Positions 22,134-33,651 of a stretch of 64,000 bases of DNA are shown here, one piece after another; positions within the stretch are counted from its first letter, which is position 1; each line of letters begins with the position of its first letter. The DNA is taken from the IMG/VR virus record IMGVR_UViG_3300012983_000043; one strand, written 5' to 3'. The notes under the pieces are model-generated. The model saw only the letters and a list, made by a program, of their open reading frames with translations. It had not been told where the DNA came from and searched no databases. Origin of the DNA: an uncultured virus (IMG/VR IMGVR_UViG_3300012983_000043). Lineage: Duplodnaviria > Heunggongvirae > Uroviricota > Caudoviricetes. The translations under genes and the position numbers were made by a program.

Positions 22134-22442
22134 TCAATGCTCTTTTGTGTTCTCTTGATGCCCGACTTCACGATGCTTCGGGTCAAAGACATCATCAAGA
22201 TTGTTGATGCCGTACTTCTTCAACTCCGCTTTCAGCTTCTCAAGAGCGCGTCTTTCAATCTTCAATATTCCCATTGGAGACATTGGCTTAGCTTGCGTCT
22301 CTGGGTCCCATATAGCAAAAGCTGTCTCATCAAGAGTCAAGCTCTTGCCGTCTTTGTGCTTTCTCATGCACTGCTTCTTGAATGCAAGCATGTCTTCTTT
22401 GCTTGCCCTGTTTGATGGAATGTTCATGTTGATTTTCCTCAA
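22134..22442 (-). CDS. stand-alone sigma-70 region-4-like HTH protein
   Basis: LTLDETA...MSPMGILKIERRALEKLK matches the TLxExA...S...IxxIExxALxKL pattern. Confidence 0.55.
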   Translation of the reverse strand: MRKINMNIPSNRASKEDMLAFKKQCMRKHKDGKSLTLDETAFAIWDPETQAKPMSPMGILKIERRALEKLKAELKKYGINNLDDVFDPKHREVGHQENTKEH

Positions 22443-22475
22443 TGTTTATAGATATAATTTGTGATTTTCTTCATG

Positions 22476-23764
22476 TCAGTCTTCTATCCAATTTCCATCA
22501 TCTTTGAGATAATCCTCTTCAAAAGAATCATCTTTTGCATCACTCCAACCCTGAGAATATGCTTCTTGCACAACTTCTAAAATGTCATTTAAAATGCTAT
22601 TTCTGTCAAGCGCTATAGAATAGAAATCTAAAATAGATTCGACTCTTTTCTTGAATTTTTCATCCATGTCAATCTTCCATGATGTCATCAACCATCTCTG
22701 GTGTGATTCCCAAGTCAACACGTCCCTTGAGCTCAAGAGCTTTGAGCTTGTTCATGACTGTCAGCTGCTTCGTCAGTTCTTGCGCTGCTATAGCCAATGT
22801 ATGATAGAAGTCTTCTTCAAAGCGCGTCATTTACTTGTCTCCTTTGTTTTTGACTAAATTATATCAAATTGCGCGCACGGTTTTCACTCAACCACTTGTC
22901 TACATAGTCATATAAGACTTTGCCAGTCCTTAAGTCAATTGTCTTGACAGTGTATGTCTTCCAATTGAGATCAAATAGCCAGTTCTCAAAGTCAGGCGAA
23001 GTCTGTTTGTTGAAGCCAGCATTCACTATCATCTCTTCAAATGTCATTGGCTCACTAGAGAAAGAATTGCTTTTGTCTCTATGCCAAGACATGACTGCAC
23101 CTTCATGTGTTATCATCTTGCACTTTGGATGCTTGCATGTCAAAAAGTTCTTGTATGTCCTGTATGGCACATCGCATGGACGCACAAGCGCATAGTCAAA
23201 CTTGTCAGGATCAAATTTGAAGTCTCGTGTGTCAATCTTCCAGATTTTTTCTACAACTGCAGTGTTGTTGCTTTTCATGATTCGAAGTCTATCTTTATAT
23301 TATTCATGTCTGCCCAGACTAGAAGCTCTTCTTTATTTGAAGAAGAAGCTATAGTAAACCATATTGGAATATTGTTATATGTCTTAATGCCATTCAAGTA
23401 CCATGCTCTTGTTCCATGGTGCAAGTTACATGAATTGAATATGACATTTTGATTCACTTTGTATATGTCAATCATATTGATTGCTTACATTGATGATTTG
23501 TCCAAATAAACCATATTGATTGTCTGCGATGAATTGCCCATATGAATAGTTTTCAATTGTCTTGTCTATAGTGATGTTATGGACATCAGCCCATACACGA
23601 ATTTCATCTTCATTGTCTGAATCTACAATGAAATGCACACGTTTTTTGTCAAATATTCCAATCAACTGCCAATTCATCATGAAATAGTCATCTCTATAAT
23701 TAAGAACAAATTTGTCATATTTGTCATATGGCAGTGTATGTCCAATCACTTGAAGCATCTTCAC
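22476..23764 (-). CDS. run of small hypothetical genes (about 22476-22674, 22859-23278, 23275-23475, 23468-23764)
   Basis: Overlapping start/stop codons; tags SNKEELLVWADMN and DNEDEIRVWADVH. Confidence 0.65.
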
Positions 23765-24930
23765 TCCTTGTAGCCAAGATATTTCAGAATCTTCTCAGTC
23801 GGCACATTCATGAAGAAGTCTCTGACTGATGCAATCTTCTTGTCAAGAAGTCCGAATGCTAATCCGGGAATCTTGAAGTTCTTAGTTATCCACAGAGCTT
23901 TGTCTTTTCGTGTCTGCAAGCTAGAATCTACTTTTAGATATTCATTCCATTCATTCTCTGAGTCTTCAACTAATTTCCAGAATCTTGTCTTGCACTCTTC
24001 AAGAGCTGCACGGAACTCCTCAAAGTACTCACATATCTCTTCTATCTCATTTGCACGGACAAGCTCAATAGCTCTAGCATATGACATCGTCCCATTCCCT
24101 TTGAGATGGTGAGCAGCTACATATGATGGAGATTTCACCTTCACTCTGTTGAACTTTCCATCACATACAACATATCCCTCTTCATCCCATGGCATTTCTT
24201 TTGTTGCAGCTAAGCATTCATCAATTGACTTCAAAGGAAAGACTTTTGGAGTGTCAAACAGCTTTGAGAAGACGGGGTCATCAGTGAAGTAAGTCTCCTC
24301 AAAAGTCTCATTGTTGCGCTTTCCAAGAAAGTAGAGTTTGTTCTCTTTATGAGGCACTACTACACGAGTCCATGGAGAGCATAACTCAAACATGTACGTG
24401 TAGCCTTCTTCCCAAAGAGCACATAGTCCTTCCTCTTGCAGCTTCTTCTGCCAGCCAGACTTCTCAAGAACAGCATCAAGCTGCTCAGCTACAATGTCAC
24501 CAAAGAAGCTGTATCTGCAGCCGAGCTGCTCTGCAATAGGTGCCTTAGAAGCAAGAATAGTCCCATTAGTAGAGATAAGCAAGTTGTCACCAACATTCAC
24601 AATCTTAATCAAGCTTCCATCTACCTTCTCTCCACAGCGAGCCGTAGTCCAGTCAATCTCTGGGCAGTATCCTTCTCCATAGTTTCCAAACTTCATGAAA
24701 GGAAATGAGACAATCTCATTGGTGTCTTCATTGAGAATCAAGCCACGGCACTCACGCACAATTGGCTCATTGAAGTCAGAATCAACTTGAGAGTACTTGA
24801 GCATCAAGAGATTCATGCCATTCCACTGCTCCCTTGACATAGTCAAGCAATATGGCTTCTCAGACAGCAGCTTCTCCCAGTCATCTGGATGCTGCTCAAT
24901 GAAGTTTTGAACTAGAAGTTTCTTTTTCAT
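23761..24930 (-). CDS. T4 Rnl1-like ATP-dependent RNA ligase
   Basis: ECRGLIL, FPFMKFGNYGE, motif I EKVDGS, TYMFEL, motif IV EGYVV, motif V RVKVKS..Y. Confidence 0.9.
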   Translation of the reverse strand: MKKKLLVQNFIEQHPDDWEKLLSEKPYCLTMSREQWNGMNLLMLKYSQVDSDFNEPIVRECRGLILNEDTNEIVSFPFMKFGNYGEGYCPEIDWTTARCGEKVDGSLIKIVNVGDNLLISTNGTILASKAPIAEQLGCRYSFFGDIVAEQLDAVLEKSGWQKKLQEEGLCALWEEGYTYMFELCSPWTRVVVPHKENKLYFLGKRNNETFEETYFTDDPVFSKLFDTPKVFPLKSIDECLAATKEMPWDEEGYVVCDGKFNRVKVKSPSYVAAHHLKGNGTMSYARAIELVRANEIEEICEYFEEFRAALEECKTRFWKLVEDSENEWNEYLKVDSSLQTRKDKALWITKNFKIPGLAFGLLDKKIASVRDFFMNVPTEKILKYLGYKE

Positions 24931-25352
24931 TTTGAATCTTTCAGGATTTTTGTGATAGCTTTGAGCTGCTGTTTCAACTTAGCATTTTCTGAAATGAGAT
25001 TTGACATCTTGATTGATGACTCTCTATGACGCGGAATTTCTTCATCAGTGTGATAAATGCAGTTGTGAAGGTCTAATGCTATTAGAAATTCTTCATACGT
25101 TGAAGCATGCATGTCTTCAATGCACACGCGCTGGCCATCGCATGACAGCAGGTCTTCCCATTCACTTCCATCACACAAGCATACATGATTAATGCATTCT
25201 TTATTAGTTTCACTGTCATATGTGAACATGATGACAATGTTCTCTAAAGGCGTCAATGCAGTTATCTCATCATCACAATCAATTGTTTTTATCATGTGCA
25301 TGTATTTGTTCCTTTGATAATTAAATAACACTTCAATTATATCAACATTCAT
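24927..25352 (-). CDS. hypothetical protein with internal tag and C-terminal coiled coil
   Basis: STYEEFLIALDL. Confidence 0.65.
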   Translation of the reverse strand: MNVDIIEVLFNYQRNKYMHMIKTIDCDDEITALTPLENIVIMFTYDSETNKECINHVCLCDGSEWEDLLSCDGQRVCIEDMHASTYEEFLIALDLHNCIYHTDEEIPRHRESSIKMSNLISENAKLKQQLKAITKILKDSK

Positions 25353-25570
25353 TCAGGACTTTCACTCAACTTGAGCATGGGCAAGATCCGTGCTTTGCAC
25401 ACTCCTATTCTTGTGTCATTGCACTTCACTATCAAGTTTGTACCATTGTCAGACTCAATGCAGACTCTTGCTCCAGGATATATTCCAAGAGTCTCTAACC
25501 TATGCTTGAAATCTAAGTCATTGAAGTCTCGTCTGATTTCAATGACAAATGTCTTTCCAGTCAAGTTCAT
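25349..25570 (-). CDS. FeoA-like SH3 domain protein
   Basis: RLETLGIYPGARV...LIVKCNDTRIGV. Confidence 0.7.
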   Translation of the reverse strand: MNLTGKTFVIEIRRDFNDLDFKHRLETLGIYPGARVCIESDNGTNLIVKCNDTRIGVCKARILPMLKLSESPE

Positions 25571-25706
25571 ACATTTTTCTCTAGATCATTGTCAAGCCGC
25601 TTGAGGACTTACTTCATCTCAAACACTTCTTTTTCTTTGAGCTGTCTAATGCTTGCATTGTCTAATTTTTCATCTATTATTTCTGCAAATTAGTGTCTTC
25701 TTTTGT

Positions 25707-26958
25707 TCATAGGCTTGGTTCAATGTCTTTCAACAGCTCAAGGTAGTAGAGGAGAGACAGCTTCTGCTTGTTCTTGTGCTTGATTTCATGGGAGCTTGGC
25801 TCACCATACTTGTCAGCGTAGTTCTTCGACAGCTTCAAGTCCGTCCTAAGACGAGATATCAGCTTGTCAAGTGGAATGACTTCATCGATTAGGTCTTCAG
25901 GCATAATTCAATCCTTTCAGTTTTTCGCAGCGGTTGTCCAGAAGTAGCTCACATTCCACTTCATCCAATAGTCCTTGCCAAACTTCTCTCGTCCAAGACG
26001 TTCCAGCTCCTTGACTTGCTTCAAGCATTCCAGTGATCCATGCCAGTCTTGTGCTTCTTGTTGAGAGACATTGTGCTTGACAATTTCTTTCTTGAACCCA
26101 TCTTTGTAGTGGCCATACCAGTCAGGGTCAAGTTCACCGTAAGTGATGACACAATCAAACAGTTCCATCTTACTTGCTCCTCTTCAGGCGGTCCCACTCA
26201 ATTGCGTACTGCATGTACTTGTTGATTGCTTCGTCAAGAGCTCCGTACTCTGCGTCAGTTGCGTCTTCACCCCTGTCACGTTCAGCCTCAACAATTCCCC
26301 TAACTGCTTTGTACACAGCAGCATTCAGTTCCCCGTCAGGCGCAAGCAGTTCCTCAAGCTCCTCTTCACGGGTCTTGGCTTCCATCGTTATCACTGAATC
26401 AATCTTCATTGTCTCTCCTTCATCTTGTTTACGTTTATGTTATAGCAAACAAGCATGCATTAGTTCTCTCCGTTTGCTGTTGGCATAAACATTATATCAA
26501 GACTCTAGAAATTTGTTCACTCATTGAGAGCTTTCAATGCTCATGATGCAACCTATTCAACAAGAAACTTCTTAACAATGTCTTTCCGGTCAAGTTCATA
26601 CATTTTTCTCTAGATCATATATGTTTTTCTTTAGATCATATTCTATGAGCATTTGGTCTTTAGAGTTGTACAAGACATTCTTGTATCTTTCTGATCCATA
26701 CCAGATTTCATCTGCATCAAACATTGCATTTAGCAGTTCATCATATGAGCTGAATGCCGTCTTGTACATCTTCTTAGACCTGTTGACAAATGCATACATC
26801 CATGCATTGTCAAATGCATCTTTGTCATATGAAGCTTTCTCTAGAGTCTTGAATGGAATCATGATGAATGCTGTGTTCAAGCATGGTTTAATCAGCATCT
26901 TTGGATTTTGCTTGAGAAGAAGCCATGATAAAAACTTCATTTTTTCACTGTTGTTCAT
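25707..26958 (-). CDS. four hypothetical genes (25707-25904, 25917-26168, 26170-26409, 26596-26958)
   Basis: Track ORFs, RBS; last carries NSKDQMLIEYDL. Confidence 0.65.
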
Positions 26959-27009
26959 AAAAACAATTATATCAATGATTAATAATCATGTTCACTCAAC
27001 AGTGTAAAT

Positions 27010-27843
27010 ATGAATATGCAATTAGTTTCAAGAAAAGTGTTGTTTGATGTCATGTCGCATAAACATCCGGTGAAGTTCAAGATGCCTGGGTCTCTAGATG
27101 AAGATGATGCAAGTTCATCTGCTTTCAGGTCTTTTATGACTAGTGCCAACAAGCTGTATAACAAAAGCAATAGACAAATGCTTGAATTCAACAATGACAT
27201 GTTCAACTTCATGCAAGCTAACTAGGACAACATACGATATGTCAATGAAGGTTCATCTAGAACAGTGTATGCTCTTGCAGATGGTACAGCTTTGAAAGTT
27301 GCAAAGTCTGATGCTGGCGTTGCTTAGAACAGGCAAGAAGCTAAAAACTGCATGAATCCCAGGTACAAGTACAAGATATTTCCAGACTTCTATGATGCAG
27401 ATAGACAAAACTGGCTTGCGCTCAACTGTGAGCTGTGTGCAAAGGCTGACAAGAAAGACTTTGCAAAACTGTTTAAAGCACAACTTCTGATTGTTGTTGA
27501 TGTCATAGAGTTCATTGTCAATCATAAGCTTGAAGACTTTGAACTGCAGAAAGCTAAAGACAACTTCCAAGCAAACGGCTCAAATGTTGCTGCATATCTT
27601 GTCATGAACCTGATGAGCAACACATCTCCGGCATTTGATGCGCTGCGGTCTCTTATAGAATTCTACAGAAGAAATGGCTTGAAGTCAATGCTTCTTGGAG
27701 ATGTTGAAAGCGAAGCTAACTGGGGACTGACATTCAGAGACAACCAGCCAGTGCTAGTGATAATAGACGCCGGATTTGACTCAGATGTCTACAACACATA
27801 TTATTCAGCTAACAACACATCAGGGCAAGCATTTCAGACTTGA
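27010..27843 (+). CDS. protein kinase-like fold protein, TAG-recoded (277 aa)
   Basis: Read through TAG at 27223 and 27325: NEGSSRTVY, ALKVAK, GVA(Q)NRQE, GDVESEANWG, LVIIDAG. Confidence 0.75.
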
Positions 27844-27866
27844 TCCCATGAAAGAAAGATCTACAA

Positions 27867-28712
27867 ATGAATGCAAAATCACAAATTGAATTTTGGGCAA
27901 GAATGCTCAATGAGAGCTCTCATGAATCATACTACAAGATGTACATGGCTGAGCATCCTGAAGACAAGCCTTTGCCTTTGATGAAGTCATTAGCAGAAGA
28001 GTTTGCAGAAGACTTGAAGAAAGACAACATAGACTTGAATGACTGCTTGAATGCTAAAGGTCTAGCTGACATCGGTGTGCTAGAGAAGATGCAAGCTTCA
28101 ATCAAGCACAAATACAAATGGGAATTGATAGATGCACGGGTATATGCAGCTATCATAAGTCGCATGACAGCATTAATGCACAGAGCTAAAGGCTAGAAGT
28201 TCACAGAGTCTGACACAATAGAATATGGTGATGTTGTTCACAATGTCTCTAGACGAGTGATTGAAAAATGCCTTGACATAATATGCCACAACACAAATGT
28301 GCTTGATGCAAACAAAGCTCTGTCAATGAGATATGACGTGACAACTGGCCCAAGCAAAGAAGCAATAGAAGCTTTCAAGTCTGCAGGAATCCCTGCAATT
28401 CCAAACTATGTGCCCGGTGATGGAGTTGTGACTGACTACTTTCCAGCTGCTATGCTCTACAAAGCATGGGCATCTTATGCAAAGGGAACTGCAGGAGAGA
28501 AGTATGTATGTGACAGTGACAATGGTCCAGAAGCTTTGAGAAAAGTGCTAGACAATGTTGAATACTCAGCTGATGACATTGACTTAATTGTTGCTCTCAA
28601 CAAGTCACTTGACATTGTTCATTTCAGAAGTGACTTAGCTGCAGCATTCATTGAGGGCGGACAGAGCACATGCGCAATGGTCAGCAATCTGCCTGACAAA
28701 TTTGTTGTGTGA
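27867..28712 (+). CDS. hypothetical protein, TAG-recoded (joins two track ORFs)
   Basis: Same frame across TAG at 28194-28196. Confidence 0.7.
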
Positions 28713-29196
28713 ATGACTTCAGCACTTCATCAAGCCTGACAGGAAATCCATCATGCGCTTGAACACAAGAGCAGAAGTTTGAAGACTTGTCTAATGGACC
28801 GACAACATAGCCTCGATGCATGTGTCCATATATCTGGTTCATAGAGCAGTCTTTTGGCTTGTGCTGAATGACAACATTGAATTCTTCAAGAATCAATCTG
28901 TCTAATACGGCATCAAAGACTTCTCTATAGAAGTCATCAGACAGCTTGTCATGATTTCCCTTTATCAGCATAATTCGACCATTCAGTCTTGACTTGAAGT
29001 TCAAGACACTTTTCTCATCGCCGTCACAGAAATCTCCATTGTACAAGACTATGTCATCTGAATTGACAGTTGAATTCCACTTCTCTATCAGCTTCTCTTC
29101 TTGCTCAGGCGTGAACACATGCAGAAATGGAAGCTTTATCGAGTCAAAATGATGGTCACTTGTGACAAATGTCTTCAATGGATCAATCTTCATCAT
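28681..29196 (-). CDS. calcineurin-like metallophosphoesterase
   Basis: SDHHF, NGDF, KGNHD, YGHMH. Confidence 0.85.
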   Translation of the reverse strand: MMKIDPLKTFVTSDHHFDSIKLPFLHVFTPEQEEKLIEKWNSTVNSDDIVLYNGDFCDGDEKSVLNFKSRLNGRIMLIKGNHDKLSDDFYREVFDAVLDRLILEEFNVVIQHKPKDCSMNQIYGHMHRGYVVGPLDKSSNFCSCVQAHDGFPVRLDEVLKSFTQQICQADC

Positions 29197-29578
29197 TAGT
29201 CTCAACTTGCTGTGGTTCTTCAACTATCTTGATTTTCAAGCCAGGAAATTCAGCAAGAAGATTTCCCATTGCTTCTCTCTTTGTGCTAGCTAGAACATAT
29301 GCCTCAGCATATGGATTCTTCGGATCAAGAAGCTTGCCATCTGGCCATTGAGCAGTGTAGCATATCTTGTACTGGTTCACCATTCGTCTTTTGTCCTTCT
29401 GTTTAGTTCTCGACGTGTATTTGCTTTGTCTTTCTTAGAGAATACTGTCCGAGTGCCAGTGTTCATCTTAATGACAATTCTTGGAATATAGGGTGTCTTC
29501 TTTTTCTTAGAGTTCTTCTTTTTCACAGTTGTCTCCTTTGGTTGATGTGACAACTATATCATAAACTGCAAGCAATGT

Positions 29579-30034
29579 TCACTCAATGTTTTTCAAGTCA
29601 AGCTTTACAAGCATCTCTTCAATTGTCTTGCCATTTATCAACTCTGCACCTTTAGACTTGAGATTGAGCAAGCACTCTTGCAAATATCTGTCATCATGCT
29701 CTGGATATATAGTGCATAGACATAATTTGCTATTCAACTCTTCAATTTTTGCAACAAATATTCCAACTTCAGACAATGATGACTTTGGAAGTTTTTGTCC
29801 ACGGTATGTTCTGTTGTACCATTCTGGATCAACCATGTAGTTTCTTCTCAACATCTCGCCCATCACAATTACATGATATTCATATAGATGAGAAAGATCA
29901 TATTTAAACACATAGTCTACAGTGCTGTGCTTCCTGTTCCAGCCCTTGCCTCTGAGAGCACAGCATTCACGATGTTGTCCTAGAAGTCTCTTGTTGTCTA
30001 GAAATGGAATGAGTGACTGATGCCAGAGTCTCAT
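29579..30034 (-). CDS. pyrimidine-dimer glycosylase-like (TIGR02328-type) protein with appended tag
   Basis: MRLWHQSLIP.L...RLLGQHRECCALRG.GW..KHSTVDYVF; ends KTIEEMLVKLDLKNIE*. Confidence 0.8.
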   Translation of the reverse strand: MRLWHQSLIPFLDNKRLLGQHRECCALRGKGWNRKHSTVDYVFKYDLSHLYEYHVIVMGEMLRRNYMVDPEWYNRTYRGQKLPKSSLSEVGIFVAKIEELNSKLCLCTIYPEHDDRYLQECLLNLKSKGAELINGKTIEEMLVKLDLKNIE

Positions 30035-30229
30035 GTTGCATTCTTCAGATTTCGTTCAATGACTTTGTCCATTGCAGAAAGCTCATCATAGACTTTCTTT
30101 GGAACATCTTCATTCATCTTTGAGAGCTCATTCTTTATTGCACGAAGGCTTGCTCTGAAAAGCTGTAAGTCTATCTTTGTCATCTTTCATGCATTCCTTT
30201 CATGCTAAAGTTTTCATGTTGAAACTTAT

Positions 30230-32060
30230 TTACACAATTTGTGTGTCAAGCCAGATCTTCAGTTCTTCAGCATTCCGCATGTTCTCAATTTCTGCAATCT
30301 CAACCAAGAGATTGTCCCACAGGTCTCTCATTGAAATGCCTCTTGCAAAAGTAAACGGATTGCTGTGGACTTGATTGAGCATGCATGCTGGCTTTAATAT
30401 TACACGCGCTTTCATCCAGTCATTAGAATATCCTATGTGGATCGATCCAATCCATGGATCTCTGATCTTAAGCCATTTCATGATGTACCTCTTGGACTCA
30501 AATGGAATCCAAGAGGCAATCATTTGCCAGAAGCTCAATGTTCTGAAATCTAGCTTCATCTTCATTTGCTGCATGTTTTCTTCACAACATCAGGATCAGT
30601 CAAGTCAAACAACTTAAGCTTCGAGATGTCAATCACATGTGGATCACCCTTCTTCCAGCCGTCATGCCCTTTGTCAAGCTTGTTCTGAAGAGCGTCGAAA
30701 GACTCTGCTGAATATTCAGCACGTGTGTTGAGAGAAGGTCGTGTACTACGACGCTTGTCCATGATTTTCTGATATGTGTCAGAATGATACACTTTTATTG
30801 AAATAGCAGGAGACTTTTCAAAATCACTCAATGCAACAAGAAGAGGCACTACAAGACGTGGATCACCGTATGTCAAAGTGTATATAGTCTTGCTAGTGCG
30901 AGCAGAAATGTACTTGAAGATGAAATAACGCATGTCAACGTCATTCAAGTCTACATTCTTGTCATTCATGATGTCTTCAAAGATGTTCATTTTGTTTCCT
31001 TTCGTGATTGTTTATTGATGAATAAATCATATCAAACATTGAATGAATCTTTCACTCAACAACTTTGAACGAGTCAATCCTGACTCCCAAGCTGTTGATC
31101 TTCTGCTCAATGATCTTCTTGAGTTTTCCCTTGACGCTTTTAGATCCTTCAACAATGCTCACTTGCATTCTTCCAGATCCAATGTTCATGTTCATGTAGG
31201 GCTTCACGTTTGTGTACTCTACATCATAAGTGATGAAGTTCGGCATTTTTAGTCTCCTTTTTGCTTTGACAGGACAATTATATCAAAACATCATGCCTTT
31301 GTTCACTCATCATGCGTGACTTTACGGATGACTGCTGCTACTGCATCACATGCAATGTCATCATACCTGTATGCAGGATCATATTTAGAGTAGAATGCAT
31401 TCACAGCCTTGAGCATCTCTTTTGCTGCAGCACGCATCTCTTTGTTGAACTTAGGATCTTCAAGCCTGAAGAATGCTTCTTTAGAGTCTTCATTGCTCCT
31501 GTCTTCAATTACAACCAGCTTGAGCGACTTTGCACAAGCTTTCACAGCTTTCTTAGCTTCAAGCATTCCTATGTTGTTCAAGTCAGCAAAGATGTCAACA
31601 GTGCGTGTGCCCTTTGGAATTCCGACATTGACAAATCCTTTCGGAAGGGACTTGAGAATCTTGTCAGGATCTAGCTTGATTTCTTTTTCCATTTCATTCT
31701 CCTTCAGCATTTGATTTCTTTTACAGTGATCTTCTCAACATCTTCATCTTTTCTCATCCATGATGTGAGACCGTTGAAGTCAATCATCTTTGCATTCGGC
31801 ACTTTAGCAAAGAGGTCATTCAGCTTGCTAGCAATCTTCAATGCAAGCTCATGGTCATCAACTACAACACGGAACTTGCGTGACTGTCCGTTGTTTGTAG
31901 CCCATTCTCCGCCAGGGCGAGGACAACAGCAGAATCTGTCTTCTTGCCAATTGCGGTCATATACACCGAACTTTTTGAATGAATGTGAAATTGGATTTCC
32001 AGCCAGCATGCTGTTGCGCCAGACAATCTTCACATTCTTCACAATGAAACGTCTTGTCAT
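30230..32060 (-). CDS. five hypothetical genes (30230-30574, 30562-30990, 31052-31246, 31303-31710, 31704-about 32060)
   Basis: Track ORFs; RBS; promoter elements; tag RNAEELKIWLD in the first. Confidence 0.65.
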
Positions 32061-32231
32061 TTGTCTCTCCTTTTTGCTTTGACAATACAATTATATCAAA
32101 GTCATGCGAGCATTTTCACTCAACAAAAAAGTGCCAGCACTCGCTGGCACCGCTAATCATTGGATTTATGAAAAATAATTATTTTATAGAAAGGAGGTAA
32201 GTTTAACCCGTCCAATGAAAAGCTAATCTTC

Positions 32232-32363
32232 TCACTTAGACTTCTTTGAAGTCTTCTTAGCAGGAGCCTTTGTGGCCTTCTTAGCAGGAGCCTTCTTGGT
32301 TGTCTTCTTAGCAACGGCACGCTTAGTAGATACGAACCGTCCGAGCTTGTCACGCTTGATCAT
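32232..32363 (-). CDS. 43-aa histone-H1-like basic peptide
   Basis: MIKRDKLGRFVSTKRAVAKKTTKKAPAKKATKAPAKKTSKKSK; below ORF-track cutoff. Confidence 0.7.
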   Translation of the reverse strand: MIKRDKLGRFVSTKRAVAKKTTKKAPAKKATKAPAKKTSKKSK

Positions 32364-32430
32364 GTCTTTTTCTTTCTCTTTGTTGTTTGTTTGTTTTAAC
32401 ATTATCTAATATATCATTTTAGATGTGAAC

Positions 32431-32877
32431 TTAAACTTCTTTTTCATCTTTTTGCCAAATCCATTTCCAGATGAATTTGTCTAGCTGGAATTCAAGTCCA
32501 TCCATGTCATACACAAGCTTCACATCTGGATCAACTGTCATCACTTCAATCTCTCCAATGCACTTCATCTTGACTGGACACTTCAACCATCGTTCGCCTG
32601 TCACTTCAACATCAGGAATGAGATCAGTTGTCGGTGTGAATATCTTGTTCTTAGACTCTAGAACAGCAATGTTCTCAGGCACATGCACAAAAAGATGCTT
32701 GCCAAAAGCTTCGGAGTCAGAGCTCAACAATGCAGTCAAAGCGCCGTCAATCGAAGCAGAGACACATATTCGTTTTCTTCTCCAGTTCTCTCCCTCCATT
32801 GCACGCCATTCAGGCAATGGTCGTGGAGTGAATGTCTCATTGTCATGATTTGTCTCTGAGAGATGATACAACTTCAT
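32431..32877 (-). CDS. hypothetical protein
   Basis: LYHLS..FTPR...RICVS.SI.GAL...DV..TGE.W pattern. Confidence 0.7.
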   Translation of the reverse strand: MKLYHLSETNHDNETFTPRPLPEWRAMEGENWRRKRICVSASIDGALTALLSSDSEAFGKHLFVHVPENIAVLESKNKIFTPTTDLIPDVEVTGERWLKCPVKMKCIGEIEVMTVDPDVKLVYDMDGLEFQLDKFIWKWIWQKDEKEV

Positions 32878-32933
32878 ATAGACAATTTACACATCTAGTG
32901 TAAATATACAATGAACATTTAAAGGAAACGACA

Positions 32934-33122
32934 ATGGCTTTAAGACGTGTAAGTGATCTTCCAAATCTTGATTCTGCAGTTCCAAAAATCACTAAAGATG
33001 TATTGAAGAACTGTTTGATTGAAGTGTCATATGCAAAACCTGACAATCAACAAGGCACTCATGTATATCAATCATATTTTGTGAATCTATATGATGCATT
33101 GTCTGCTTTCAATGCACGATGA
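32934..33122 (+). CDS. small late-type protein
   Basis: GTAAATA at 32900, AAAGGA RBS; RVSDLP motif similar to KISQLP of 37067-37504. Confidence 0.55.
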   Translation: MALRRVSDLPNLDSAVPKITKDVLKNCLIEVSYAKPDNQQGTHVYQSYFVNLYDALSAFNAR

Positions 33123-33124
33123 CA

Positions 33125-33427
33125 TTATAGCATCATGTCAACTGCAATGAGAATCTCTTCAAGTGACTTCTTCTCAGGTGCATAGCCGATGAACTTGTTG
33201 TCTTTGAAGACGCGTCCATGAATTCCATTCTTCTCAATGTCTTCTAAGATTGTCCTAAGTCCGCCTTCATGACCAATCATGTAGTAGAGATGCTTGTTGT
33301 CTTCGAAGTCAATTTCAACACTGAATTCATCAACAAACACTTCCACACCATAGCTTTCACATATCTTCTCAAGCTTAGTAAGAGATGATGGCTTTCGCTT
33401 GTGCTTTGTCTTTTTGTTTGATGGCAT
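33125..33427 (-). CDS. hypothetical protein with C-terminal tag
   Basis: KSLEEILIAVDMML. Confidence 0.7.
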   Translation of the reverse strand: MPSNKKTKHKRKPSSLTKLEKICESYGVEVFVDEFSVEIDFEDNKHLYYMIGHEGGLRTILEDIEKNGIHGRVFKDNKFIGYAPEKKSLEEILIAVDMML

Positions 33428-33441
33428 ATCATTCTTCTAAA

Positions 33442-33516
33442 TGGCTGAGGATGAACGAGTCGAACGTTCACTCTCGGTATCAAAAACCGATTTGCTCACC
33501 GCTACAACAATCCTCA
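33442..33516 (-). tRNA. tRNA-Gln(UUG)
   Basis: TGAGGAT/ATCCTCA acceptor, TCGGT-TTTTGAT-ACCGA, TTCGA, CCA. Confidence 0.9.
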
Positions 33517-33523
33517 AGTAAAA

Positions 33524-33598
33524 TGGTACGCCCAACGCTGCTCGAACTTGTAACTCCAATGTTAAAGTATCATTGCTCTACCAACTGAGTTAGGGCAT
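33524..33598 (-). pseudogene. degenerate tRNA pseudogene
   Basis: CTCAGTTGGTAGAGC D-arm, GTTCGA and ACCA present; anticodon and T stems do not pair canonically. Confidence 0.6.
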
Positions 33599-33651
33599 TT
33601 AAACATTCTGTATTTAAATTATATCAATTAACATTGTATTTTTATACTCAA

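Noticed and set aside
33524..33598. Possible stop-suppressor tRNA (CTTTAAC could be read as UUA)
   Set aside because: Anticodon and T stems do not pair, and TAA is clearly used as a stop; treated as a pseudogene
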